From: Balanoglossus misakiensis
Taxonomy: Eukaryota > Animalia > Hemichordata
Assembly: GCA_040954595.2 (NCBI GenBank)
Contig: CM082589.2
Coordinates: 6,197,186 to 6,261,185 of the forward strand
Length of the DNA: 64,000 nt
Direction of reading: 5' to 3'
Position numbers and translations under genes: made by a program. This document shows positions 14,161 to 27,699 of the stretch, one piece after another. The notes under the pieces were generated by a model that saw nothing but the letters and a program-made list of their open reading frames with translations, did not search any database and had not been told where the DNA came from. The first letter of the stretch is position 1; every line of letters begins with the position of its first letter.

Positions 14161-17100
14161 ATGAACGTTTTTGAATCAAGGGTGCGACTCTACCTGTACC
14201 AATCGATATGGATATTATTTAGTCTAGGTAAGTTATAATACATGTACATGTAATTGCATTGTGGGTAAAATGTTGACAACTGATTGTAGTATGGGTTTGA
14301 ATATGTTTAAAGCATTTCATGGCGTCTTTTGGTTAACAATTTTGATCTTTGTAGTTAGAATATACAAATCGTTCAACTTGTTCACATGTTGTTATTTTTA
14401 AGTATCGGAATGGAATTCTATTTGTTAAGCAAGGCAAAAATCCGCCTTCTTGCCAGTTCGTCGACCATATGAGATTTTTGCCACTCACCTAGGTAGTAAA
14501 AACCTATTGAAGGTATTGAGAATTGATATTGACTTTCTGACTGGGATATTTGCCAACGTTCTGATGGCCAATCGACCATTTTGCAGTGTGTGCCCCCTCA
14601 GCAGGTATAGACTGTCCGACGATACGAGACGAGTTCAACAACCAGACCCAAACAGTTGAAATTCTTGATAGCTGTTATTGGTTTCAAGCCGAGATGAGTT
14701 CGCCCAGAGAATGGACAAACGCTACTGAGTGGTGTCGGTCGCGAGGCGGTTATCTGGTGAAGCTTGAAACGTACAACGAAGAAACCAGCGTCATCAACTA
14801 CATGAACTTCCAGGGATACACGGGTGAATTCTGGACAAGTGGAAAGTGTCAATATCCAAGTGATGTTTCCACTGGGGAATGTGATGACCCCGCAAACTGG
14901 TTGTGGATTACAGGTAAGAGTGGCATGGCCGATCCAGCGCGTGCGCCATGTTGCATGCATGCACGCTGTCAGAAAAACCAATGCCTGGACTAATACAATA
15001 ACGTCATCAGGTACGAAAGAGCAAAACATGCAACACTGATGATCTGGTCACGCCTCGTGAATATATTATACCAATATGCTCATTTGCGTACATTAGACCA
15101 GTGGGGTGTTTCATGCACAACATTATGCGCGCTTTCCCAGAAACAGTCCGCTAAAATCCACAGTTTGTCCAGTGTAAGTGATATCATATGGTATCGCGCC
15201 CCCAATAGCTCAGCTGTGTTTAACAGTATGCATCATATTCACTTCGGCCGGTACAATAAATATAAACCCAGCATCGACATCGCTGTTTACAGATGGTGGT
15301 TTGACCGGTGACGTTATGACGTACACCAATTGGTACCCAGGCGAACCCAATCCTAGCAGCGCAGCAGATAAGAATATCAGCATGGTCTTGAGAAAAACTG
15401 GGTTTCTTTCTTATTGGGAATGGTATGATGAAGCGTATGACAAAGCGACGAATTTCATCTGTGAGTTCGGTAAGAGGCGATTATTTGAAGTACCAGTTAT
15501 CGTAGAGACACAGGATATTATAGTTGTATTTTTACTAAAATAATCAAGGAGAAGTTACACTGATATTTGACCCTTAATCGACAGATCAGGCTGGTGGTAC
15601 AACTACTTCGATGGCTTCAACTACACACATGGAGCGAAGTACGAGTCAAACCACAGTGCTAACGAGCGACTCTTCCACGGAAGACAGCACAAGTCCAGCG
15701 ACAATGCAGAGCACAACTCAAGCCACGACACAGAGCACGAATCCGACCAGTGACCAGAGCGCTACCACAACACATGATGGAAGTCCGACCACGATGCACA
15801 GCCCAAGTCAAACCCCGATCCACCGCAGTACACTCACAACCAGCGACCATCTTACTAGCCAAACCGAGGTATACGGTACGAATTCAATAACGACGCACCG
15901 TACGAATCCAAACACGGTGCGTGGGACAATTCCCACCATGCCACACACTACTGATCCAATCACAAAACCTGACACAGAATCACCGACTACACCTAAATCA
16001 GGTCTTCCAATAGGGTATACCACACATCTGACGACGACAGACGGTAATGGCCAATCGACAATGCATAGTTCTAGTCCACCCACAACACCTGGTCCAACCG
16101 AAATACCCTTCACAAATCGAACCACTGTACAAGGAACCCGTTCGACCATGGTGCACGGCACGGGCCAGACCACAAGCGGAGATACAGTGGCGCCCACAGC
16201 GCCCGGAACAGATCTCCTGGAAACCAATCCAACCGGTCCAACAACGATGTACCTGACGGACCAAACGGCCACGCACGGTACAGATCATCCAACCGTGGTA
16301 CGAAGTCAGGGCCCAACCACAACAGAAGCTGCGAGTTCAGCCACAACGAACAGTCCAAATTCAACCACGGCACATGGTATCACACGCTCAGCAGCACCAG
16401 GCACTGTTCCAACAACCAGCTCAAGTTCAACGGAGATTCATGGTACAAGGCTAACCACGTCACCCAGCCCGGACAACACTGCAATAACCGCCGGAACGAT
16501 TGTGCAGACTACAGACGATTTGCCCACAATATTTGAAACACGTGCACCGACAGCAGAGAGTACCACCCCAGTTCCACAGTGTCCCCGCATCACCGACGAG
16601 TTGGATGACACCCTGGCGACCGTGCTGGTGGGGGACCGCTGTTACTGGTTCAACGCCGAGGGCGTCTTGGCCAGGCGCTGGATCGACGCCAGCAACTGGT
16701 GCCGATCCCACGGCGGGTATCTGGCCAAGTTTGAGACAATGGCCGAAGAGACTAACCTCATTGCCTACATCAATGCACAGGGGTATACTAACACCGAGGA
16801 GTTTTGGACAAGCGGAAAGTGCCAATACCCAAGTGGCGTCCATAGTGGCCTGTGTGACGACCCCGCAAATTGGTTGTGGGTTACAGGTAATAAGTTTGTA
16901 TTAAAATTCAATGCATGGTACACACAGGGTATATGTAAACACAAGGTATACATGTATGTTCTATGAAACAATTAACTTAGATAGCACATATATTGGATGT
17001 TTAGATTAATTATAGTATTAAACCGCTGGCTGCTGAAATACTTGATGATAAGAGAACTTCCAGGTGTTATAAGCTACTGTTATAAGCTAAGTATCCCCTC

Positions 17101-18406
17101 TTCGTGTAGATGGTGGTTTGACCGGTGACGTCATGTCGTTCACCAACTGGGATACAAACGAACCCAACCCTAGCAGTACATCAGATAAGAACATCAACAT
17201 GGTCTTGAAACGAACTGGGTTCCTGTCTTACTGGGGATGGTATGATGAGATGTACGACAAAGCGACGAATTTCATTTGCGAATTTGGTGAGTGTGAACAC
17301 AGTTAGTCACATTGTTGCTCCGACTCCGTTGCTGTAAGATGACCCATAATGTTTAAGCTTGTAAAACAATGATGCAACCATACATGTATGTATTTTCCCT
17401 TGATTTTATCCAAAATATTATGGAGGGGTATGTAGCTCTTAATTTATAAAAAAAACTTTGTAAGTGATATAGCCCCTCATTTATTGAATAATGCATTGTA
17501 TTTCCCTGATACCAGATATTAATACTCACGTCTTTCAAAACAGACCCAATTCTGTCGGTCCCGAGCATCACCACGAGTAACTCGGGTACGTCTACCCAAC
17601 AGCAGACCTCAGCTGATTCAATTACCTCCGTTGCCATGACGTCGGTGGAAACAACAGCAGCTGTACATACGACCACCAGAAATTGTGATTGCGAAGGAAA
17701 CGATTCCGGTATGTACTTCGGCAATCCCCTTCCTCTCCGTCCAAACAGACAATCCCCGCATATCACCCACTCGACCACCTACTTATCAACATACCCAGTA
17801 TATCAAAGCATGCTTGAAATTATGAATCTATATTATGACTTATGTACTAATGTTATAATAATTTACTTCGCTATCAGACTTCGCTTTGGGTTTGCTCACT
17901 GGAATTGTCATCGGATCTGCAATCGGTGCTGTTATAACAATGGTTATAGTTTTTCTCATCAGACAATGGTAAGATTCATATATTCCAATTCAATGACAGT
18001 CATTACAACCAAGGCTAAAATACTATTCTGCAAATACACGTAGAACTTGAAGTTATATCATTAAAAACTCAGTTTGGCGATATCACATTATCTAATGGTT
18101 TATAGATAAGAGACGAAACACATTAAAGATGTGATTGGACTGGAAAAATTGGTACATCTGTATTCTTGGTCAAATGTGCATTGTGGCTAACAGTCTAACG
18201 TCCGCATTTTGTCTATTTACAGTTTCCCTGGATGTGGCCGATCCAGAAAGGTGGGCGACACTTCAAAAGCGTCCGAAGTAGATGATGTCAACACGTACAA
18301 AAGCGAAAATGGTAAATCAACCAAGGACTACGCGGATGACGTCAATTTAGAAGAGTTACCGAGTGCCGCTCAGTGTGACGGCACAGACTCGCAGTTCGAC
18401 CTATAG
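14161..18406 (+). CDS. C-type lectin/mucin type I receptor, paralog A (2 CTLDs), about 829 aa
   Basis: Exons 14161-14227, 14587-14913, 15293-15469, 15585-16886, 17110-17286, 17544-17708, 17878-17968 (TM), 18223-18406; total 2490 nt. CTLD motifs CYWF, W..A..WC...GGYL, NW..EPN, WYD, FICE. A long Thr-rich stalk lies between the CTLDs. Confidence 0.92.
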
Positions 18407-20612
18407 CTCGGGATGTTGTGTCCACCAGGCGCCAAACCAAGATACGCACAATCGAAATATCGGCGATTGCCATACTCTTGTGGACTTGGACGTTTTGCTT
18501 TAAGCTTCTAGATTTTGTGTTCTGTATTTATTTTTTATTTCACTTTGATTGCAAGACTTGTGATTTTGTGGAGAAACGTGTGATACATTAAATGCAATAC
18601 TTGATATAGAATTTTACATGCGTCTCTCTTATGATACCCTGTGTTCATCTTTCATGTTGTTTTTCTTGGCTTCGTGTGTGTTGAGAAAAATGTTGTGATT
18701 TCTGTAACCTTCGCCATGGCTGGCCGTGCTGACTTGTCGGACAAAATTGCAGTTACATGTACTTAGCCTTTTAACAGCTGCAAATGTCCATCGGTGTGTT
18801 AAGTAGACCTATACACGGGTTCTTCATTTACATCATTGCGTGTATATATATACTTCGCGGGAAGACCACCTCTCGTCATCCTCACGGTGTTTGGTTGTGA
18901 AGCGCTGAAATGGTCCCGGAGTTCGGACACTTGGTTGCGGAGCGTGGAAATGGTCCCGGAGCAGACGTTTCGTCTTTTGGGTTGCCTTACGCGTGCAACT
19001 CCAGACATACTCGCCCGAGCAAATTAATCCGCGGTACCTGAGGGCGCAGTACCCATAATCAACCGAACCCAAAGTGAGAGACGCACAAAAATTGGCCGGT
19101 TGGCCGGCCTCCATCGCAATGAGAAAAGCCCAAGGGGCAAGTTAAATAAAGAAAAAACTTTTTGATATATTTCACATTAGATGAACTCCATGAAATGAAC
19201 AATGCGTTTACGTGGGGACGGTATTGCATTGTCCAATAACTTGTCCGATAAGTACTTAGTCACATGGTATTGCTAGCTATCTACATGACGATGCAACACT
19301 GCTTTGTACATTGTCAGACATTTTATTGGATGAACTCATATCTTCAAATCTGTTACTTAACACAGTTTTCACAATACACCAATACATGACTAGCTTATCA
19401 GCAATCAAGGGAGATTATTTTACTGAACACAAACCGACAAAGCTGAACTGTTTCTCAAGAAAATTCTCGATGGCATAAAAGCTTGAGTTGCAATGTGGAA
19501 GCGTGTGTGAACTTAGAAAGGATATCACCGAACCAAACACTTTGTGTCGTTGTAAGCAGGTGAGTGACATTGTTTTAGGTGAGTATATCGATACCTTTAT
19601 CTCCAATCGAGAGGTTTCCAATAACCACTACGGTGAGTCAGTTTCCCCCCCCCCCCTTTCCTCCTGATGGTCGGACCGATCCTCATGCATTGGCTCCAGC
19701 ATGACAAGATTCTCTTTATGATCAAATTGGATGATAGTGTGATGCCTTTGATCGTACGTGCAAGCTTTAAAAAGATTTCCGCGTGTAGATGGCGTTAATT
19801 CAAACTGTATATAAAAGGAATTCAGAAATTTGTTATGACGTTTTGTTTTGTCATAGAGTGAGTACATGCACCGTTCACATGCAAAAGAGTGACGATTGTT
19901 GACACACGTATTTCCCCTGTTGTACATAATTTTTGTAGTTGGATATAGTCAGGCAGTGATATGCTTTTGCGTGCAATGGCTTATGCAGCAAGGTTGCCTA
20001 CAGAATGGACCACCCTTGCTACATACAACATATGCATGGGAATAATATTCCAATATCTTGTCCGAAGGAACTCACAACGCAATTACATGGCTCTATCTTC
20101 ACCTGTTGGGTGCTCAGGCCTGATATTACGACCTTTGACAATTTGCCGCAAGTGTAATCGGGCGCGATAATGGCGTTAATCTATTTGCTATTCAAACTTA
20201 ACACCCAGGCTGTACAAAGATTCTCATATGCAAATGAACGTGTTCATTCCGTGTGTCTCTCCAAGTTCGCAGACAGTTTCTGGCTAACAGTTGCAGTTGC
20301 AGACTGTGGCCGGCCAGCCATGGGGGTATAGATACCGCCATGGACCAGCAGAGTACATAATACATGTTACGGTATAGCCACGAAAATAACACAGTCCACG
20401 AGTTGATACTTGGAACAATCATACAGAAGAACATCACACAAGGTCATCTTACACCGCAGTATTCTTACATATTAAACAAACATGACAATTTTTAGCTCGT
20501 TATTCTTTGAAAGAATGTCTCAGTCCTCGTCATTTCCAGTGCGGAACCTGATTGATCAAGTTTGATTCGCGATTGTTTTTTTCAGGCGTCACAATACATC
20601 TGTTTAAATAAA

Positions 20613-23600
20613 ATGGAACGTGTTGAATGGAGAAAAAGCTTCTACTTTCCACTCACAGTTTTGATATTTTGGCGTTTTGCGGGTAAGTTTGTGGTCTTTG
20701 TAAAAGGGGTTACACATTCTCGGCGGTATATAAGTACGAGAATTACTCGTGTGCAATAAAGTCACCAATGTAAAGAACGTGACACTGACAGAACAGAATA
20801 GTTATGGCGGGCCTATGCATATCTGTTCCATCCCACTGCAGGCGCCACGGCAGCGATAGGATGCCCAACGATAATGGACACAAGAAACTATCCGGCTCCC
20901 ACTGTAAACGTTGGTGATAGATGTTACTGGTTTCAAGCCGAGGGAAGTTACGACATGTCGTGGATGCAGGCTATTGACTGGTGCAAATCACGTGGTGGGA
21001 ATCTAGTCAAGTTTGAGACATCAGTCGAAGAAACCAACGTCATCAACTACATCAACGCGCAGGGATACACCAATACGGCTGAATTCTGGACAAGTGGAAA
21101 ATGCCAAAACCCAAGTGGTGTATGGAGTGGCCTATGTGATGTCCCTACCGACTGGCTGTGGTTTGCAGGTGAGGCGAAATTGCTTGTCAAGTAAACTTTT
21201 AATCACGATAACGCCCCGGTGATTACACTGGAATATTGTTAAATACCAGAATTTCACATCTACGGCACGGTTTTGATGTTTTTATGGCACTACCTGATAA
21301 CAACTGCCACTGAAAGTGTCGTTTGACACATTGCAAAGTTTTCTAACTTGTGTTTTACTCCCAAACATTGTCCGGGCTTGCAAGAAACACGACAACAAAT
21401 CCGACTATGTCGTTTGCAGATGGAGGTTCGACTGGTGAAGTTATGGCTTACACCAACTGGTACACAAACGAACCCAACCCTAGCAGTACATCAGATAAGA
21501 ACATCAACATGGTTTTGAGGCGGACTGGGTTCCTTTCTTACTGGGGATGGTATGACGAAATGTATGACGCACGAACAAATTTTATTTGCGAATTTGGTAA
21601 GAATAATAATCTTCATATTCGATACAACAGCCTTAAAATACAGCAATTGTGAAGGAGAATTATCGATCTGCAAAAGCATACTGACCCCGACGTGAAAGAA
21701 CAACACCTCTGTCCTCTTCTTATCTTAATGTCTCAAACGCCCTCTTACCATGATTGTCACTTTCTCATAACCGTGACGTGTTCCTTTCTCCCCTTTCCCA
21801 CTCGACAGATCCAGTCTACGTATCAACTCCAATGTCGAACTCAAGTCCGACGTATGTCACGGATTCACTCACGACACCAAGCGTGTATTCACCAACAACT
21901 TCTGGCGGGAAAATAACCCCGACAGACCATACAGAACCGATTACGACGCACAGCTCAAACTCAACTATGAAACACAGCACGAGCCCAACTGATACCGGTC
22001 CACCCACAACGCGCGGTACAGATGCGTCCACTACAGCTCTCACGGATCTGCCCGCCGCAACACACACCACAAGTTCAAGCACAACATACGGTATGGACCA
22101 AACTATGACCCAGTGCGATATCAACATGATATGACCCAATCGAAACCCATGATACGTTAAACAAATCCTAGCTACGAGTGCAACCATACTGTGTAGGACG
22201 GACACACACAATGTTTGGACCAACGCCATTCCAAACGTTACCTTTGTTACTTGGCCGATTTTTTTCGTAAAGCTGTATTTCTTATCGAAGATAATGCGAA
22301 CCTCCCTCACAAACCATGCACTTTTTTATATAAAGCTGGGTATCTGATTTTTACTTGATTAATGGTCACTTTATTTAAATCTACATATTTTAAGTAAACA
22401 TATTGTTTATTGTGTCATTCAAAACTGACAGGTAACATGCAGTGACGCCTTTCGTATAATAAGTGTCGACATCGGACAACCCAAAGTTGGCCAAAATGGC
22501 CCCATGAACTGCAGTGCCATTTAATTGCGCAAAGTGAAGTCGTTGCAAGACTCACGCTTATCATCCGAGGATAAATGTTCATGTCGCTTTACAGATCTAA
22601 CCGAGACGACAGTTGGGGACGTAAGACCATCGGTTATGTCCACTAACTCGATGTATCCAGCCACGACAGCGAAAATTGAGGTCACCACAGCCGCTGCCAG
22701 AACTAATTCACAGTCGGCTGCGACCACGCCTCCAACGTCTGAAACGTCAGCTACGGCGCAATCTACGCCACCACTCCTGCAGTGCCCACAAATAATGGAC
22801 GAGCTGGAAAACTTTCACCCCACTGTGCTGCTGGGTGATAGGTGTTACTGGTTCAACGCCGAGGGCGTTTTAAGCAGACGGTGGGTTGACGCAAGCAACT
22901 GGTGCAGATCACACGGCGGTTATCTGGTCAAGTTTGAGACGCCGGATGAAGAAAACAGAATTATTGACTTCATAAACTCACGTGGATATACCAACACAGG
23001 TGAATTCTGGACTGCAGGAAAATGTCAATATCCAAATGACGTCTTCAACGGAAAATGTGACAATCCTGCAAACTGGTTGTGGATTACAGGTACTCGTGTG
23101 ACATATCATTGGGTAAAAATTAATTAATTGATCGATAGGAACCCTTCCAAACATATAATTATCAGTCATATACAATCAGGGAACAAAAAATTCTAGAATC
23201 AAGTAAGTTTGCTGAATTGCTGAAGGGTACTGAAGCAAATTGTTGTTAACATGACACCCGTTTAAACAATAATAACGAAATAAAACAGAATAATCGACCA
23301 ACCAAAACAAGATATTACGATTTTACGCATTGCATGACGGGATGTATTGTATTACTCAGGAAGCATAAGAAGAATGTCATTACCAGCGCTGACTAAATTA
23401 TTCTCAAAATGGTAACTGAATATTTGAACTTGAGTGAAACATGTCGATTTGTCAAAAGATTGGGCAAATTTTCATCATGCATTCTTTATAATGATAATGT
23501 AAACATTTTTGTCTGAAGATGATAGTTTGACCGGTGACGTCATGACGTACACCAACTGGGACACAAACGAACCCAATCCTAGCAGCGCATCAGATAAGAA

Positions 23601-24851
23601 CATCAACATGGTCTTGAGGCGGACTGGATTCCTTTCTTACTGGGGATGGTATGATGAACTGTATAACGCAAAGACGAATTTTATCTGTGAATTCGGTAGG
23701 TACTATGAATACTTTTCAACTTACAATATACACGTTTTATATATGTCGTCTAGTTTCATTTCATTTTAGTTTATATTCGCAACAACTAATATAGAAATAC
23801 CTTACTGACCCAAATATTTTATATGAAATTTCATTGAATATAGACCCCCTCCTGAAGATCACAAGCCATGTCACAATTAACAGAAGTACGACAATGTCTG
23901 TAACATCTCGATCACCAATTGAACGGTCGACTGCTGAACAATCGACATCGCCAAATTGTGAGCGCGACGGAAATGATTCTGGTAAGTATTGGTATGAACA
24001 TTATTAATTAACATACATACATACATACATACATACATACATACATACATACATACATACATACATACATACATACATACATACATACATACATAGATAC
24101 ATAGATACATAGATACATACATACATACATACATACATACATACATACATACATACATACATACATACATACATACATACATACATACATACATACATAC
24201 ATACATACATACATACATACATACATACATACATACATACATACATACGCAAGAAAATTACATTTATTTTACCCAGAAGTCATAAAGTCCATCAACTATG
24301 TGTCATGTTTATTTTAGATTTCGCTTGGGGTGTGCTCACTGGTGTCGTCATAGGAACTGCTGTTGGTGCTGTCATAGCTACCATCATGTTGTTTTTCATC
24401 AGAAAATGGTAATGAAAATGCTACTATTTTTTATTAATGGCAATATGGGAATTTGGAGGTCAATCTATACCTGTGATTTGTCTGATCATATTTGCCAAAA
24501 AACGAATATAAATACCGGTACCTAATTTTATGTGTCCATAGTGTGCGCAATAAGTTGATATTTTAATAATCCATTTGGATCAAATACATGTGCAGTTGGC
24601 AGTCTTGTTTTGTCTTATTCACCGACCCACACACTCAACCCGTTTAACCCACCTGAACCGGGAACTTCATTTTTTATGTTAGTTTCCCCGGCCTGAGGTG
24701 TGCCACAGGGAAGGTGGACGACCTGAGCGAACCACACACTGAAACTAAATGCAACGGCGACAAGACTGAGCTGGTCCTGGAGCCAGTGGATGACGTCAAT
24801 TGGGAATCGCCACCAAAGGCATCTCTTGAAGACGATTACGTCTACCCTTAG
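20613..24851 (+). CDS. C-type lectin/mucin type I receptor, paralog B (2 CTLDs), about 641 aa
   Basis: Exons 20613-20682, 20842-21168, 21420-21596, 21809-22090, 22595-23089, 23519-23695, 23844-23981, 24318-24408 (TM), 24683-24851; total 1926 nt. Exon sizes 327/177/91 match paralog A. The donor at 22090 is the least certain junction. Confidence 0.87.
24012..24247. repeat. (CATA)n microsatellite, intronic
   Basis: Direct reading; a few GATA variant units. Confidence 0.98.
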
Positions 24852-25199
24852 CGGAAGACCATGACACAGCTCACTCGCCGCCACCAAGTTTAACACTTCG
24901 AAAGGCTTTCAAACTTACGAACTTACTTCCAAACTTTCAGGGGGCAAAGTGTTGGGGATGTGTGCGGACTGGCGTAAGACTGAGCAGCAGGGGTGGGGTA
25001 GGGGTGGCGTATTGGAGATGGGGGGTCAGTGGCAACTGGAGCACTCGCTTTCAAAAGTTCACAGAACTGGGTTATTGGCCGGGGGACGTCTGTTTATTCA
25101 TAGACCCAGGATCTATGGTCTATAGACGAACTCCGCAACAAAGGTTCTACATTGGAATGTAACATTAATTAGGCTTGGCTTTCTGTTACAGTTGGGAAT

Positions 25200-26520
25200 T
25201 TTGTCTTTCATGAGGCAGAACTGCCGTCGGCTTTTTGGGCAACTCGCCTGTAATTCTTCATGTAATTGACCTGAGATCAAATGACAAGTTTCATGTATTC
25301 CAGGATATTATACCACTGTATAAAATGGCAACTTTTCCAATTTTTGCATAAATTTTGGAATTTAAATATTTCCTTTTATTTGTGGCAAACACTGTAATAA
25401 TGAGAATAGAACTTACAATAATCTGTGAAATGGTGTGGCAAATTAAAGTTAATTAAATTACGCATTGATGTGTACATATCCGAAGTTTGCTTAATTTAAA
25501 ATTGTCAAGAATGTGTTGTTTGCTAAACTGCTGAGCAGAACTTCTAGAACGATTACGGCAGCCATCGTTTGAGATGTAAGAATGCCGGGTATTTGTGAGT
25601 GATAGGCAGCCCTCAAGACCACGCGGAACTGTATGAAAGTTTTGTAGTGTAGGGTAACAATGTTAAAGGGACATTAGCTGTTACTTTTGGCTTAATTTTC
25701 GGTATTTTTGTTTTGCGTGCCAATTGCAAATTCTTGCTCTACTCCGAATAGTATGCTAACATACTCCGCTTGTCAATCGTAGCCTGTTTGTTTGTGAAGG
25801 CCATTGTTATTGAATTCTAATCAAATGTTGCACTATAACAATGCTTACTATGTACATATAGGTTGTGTTAATAAGCTGGATACTGGGCATTTCGTCATGC
25901 TTCAGGGATTTGAACAAGAAACTACGGTAGATACACAAAACAAAAAATACTGATAACAGCGACAAGATAAGCTAATGGAGCTTTAATTGGGACACAGTTT
26001 CTTAAGTCGAAATAGAATACCAGCTTTCTTCTGACAATGGAGTTAATCAGTTGGATATGTTTAGACCACTTAAGATGCTTACGTAGAATAAAACCAACAA
26101 AGAATACAGCCCTCTACTTCATCAATGACCTTGTTGTTAATTAACATGGAGTACACCACAAAAGGATATTTCACGCTTGCTACTTCAGAGAACAAATTAA
26201 TCAATTCGGTTTACAGCCAGTTTCTTGAAGAAAAAAACAGGTTATATCTTTTCTAAGTGTTTTGTTAGCTTCATCTAATGTTATGTTGTTGCTGTATTTT
26301 GGAAACATAGTGGAAAGTGGATTTGGTCGTCGACTCGACTCGAAGTTAAAATAGCCAGAACAGCAGACAGACTGTATATCATTAATGAACATGAAAAGTG
26401 AAACAGAGTTGGTCCTAATACCGAGCCTCGTAGCACTCTACACTGAATAGGAAGATTTCATGAGTCCATACTATACTTCCATTGCTATAAGTTAATTGTT
26501 TTCTATAAATAGATTACTGT
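25200..26520 (-). mobile_element. Degenerate CR1/L2-type LINE ORF2 relic (RT and post-RT region)
   Basis: The minus strand reads RVLRGSVLGPTLF..FINDI (cf. GVPQGSVLGP.LF..FINDL) near 26440-26370 and GFILRKHLKWSKHIQLINSIVRRKL..LRNCVP near 26100-25990, with stops and frameshifts. It continues past the MITE insertion. Ends are approximate. Confidence 0.75.
25667..25982. mobile_element. 316-bp non-autonomous DNA transposon with TTAA target duplication (Kolobok/piggyBac-type), nested in the LINE
   Basis: TTAA at 25663-25666 and 25983-25986. Imperfect TIRs agggacattagct / agctaatggagct. Removing the element rejoins the LINE frame (VPINIVTLHYKTF). Confidence 0.75.
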
Positions 26521-27699
26521 AATGTATTTGTTATGCTTTTCTAATGACATAAATTAAGATATTTCGATTTTTTTTATTTGCACACAACATTTATTTCATA
26601 ATTTCAACTGATCATTATAGAATAGAGTTTGCGTTTAGTAGGTTCTGGAAGTCTTCTGGACTTGCTGCGTCATTGTGTTTATCGTGGCTATTGTCTGCTG
26701 TGGACGAGTCCGCCACATTGTTTGACGGGTTATTGTGCAGTGTTGGTGACTTGCTAAATCTCATTTCCTCTCACCTACTACATAACATCAGATTGCAAAT
26801 TGCGTGTTTGCTTTGGCGTGTACTTGTTAACATTTTAACCTCTCACACTGGTGCGATACTTTTTTACGTGTTGAGATGAGTGTTGAATGGATGACAGTGG
26901 CTGTTTAAATCGTTGACTCAAGAAGCCAGCGCGTTTACTTAAGGGGACAAAGAAGCGTTTAAAAACAACCAGAGATAGCGGTAGTGTCTATACAACAACA
27001 ATTTGTCGAGCTGCCCGTGCAAGCAAGTGCGTTACGTAATCAAACCGTGATTTGTGTGTCAACTTACCTTGCAGAAGCCGCCACCCAGTTAGCATGCACT
27101 GTGAACAGTTAGAAGTGAATTCGGAAGTAATTGGCTCTCCACAATTATCAGCCGAAATGTTGGAATTATTTAGTTCGGAAGTTGGCACCCCTCTCCCCAA
27201 CTTAAGTGAAAGACTTGAGCACGGTCTCTCGTCAGTGGAGAGGCCGTGGTTTGAAGTATCGCACTTTTTAATAAGATTAGTTTGTGTAAGATTTTTTAAA
27301 CCACACTGGTTGAGTTGAACACAGAAACTGTTAAATTCAATAGAGAATCCGAATTTAACGAAGCAAGAAATTAATTAGATATTTTAAAAAAGTTACTGTG
27401 GCAAAGAAAATGTCGGCAAACTAGTCATGGCATTACGGATACATTCTGCAAATCATTAGCATATAACTGTCGCCTACATATGTGTCTATCTTTGTGTGTG
27501 TGTTTGTATGTGTGTGTGTTAGATCGCTTTACATTGAACTGAGTCCAATTAATGCTATTGATGGACAGAGTGATTGTTTTGGGTGCAGTAGTGAGAAAGA
27601 ATGCCCTTATTTGGCATGTACAACACAGACTGGACCCCCACCCCAACTGCCACAAAAAGGCCACAGAAATAATTCAACTTTGAACTTTTCCGTCCCAGT

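Noticed and set aside
23877-24252. MYVC-repeat ORFs (also 50618-51102 and the SL-repeat ORF at 57107-57838)
   Set aside because: They are translations of microsatellites.
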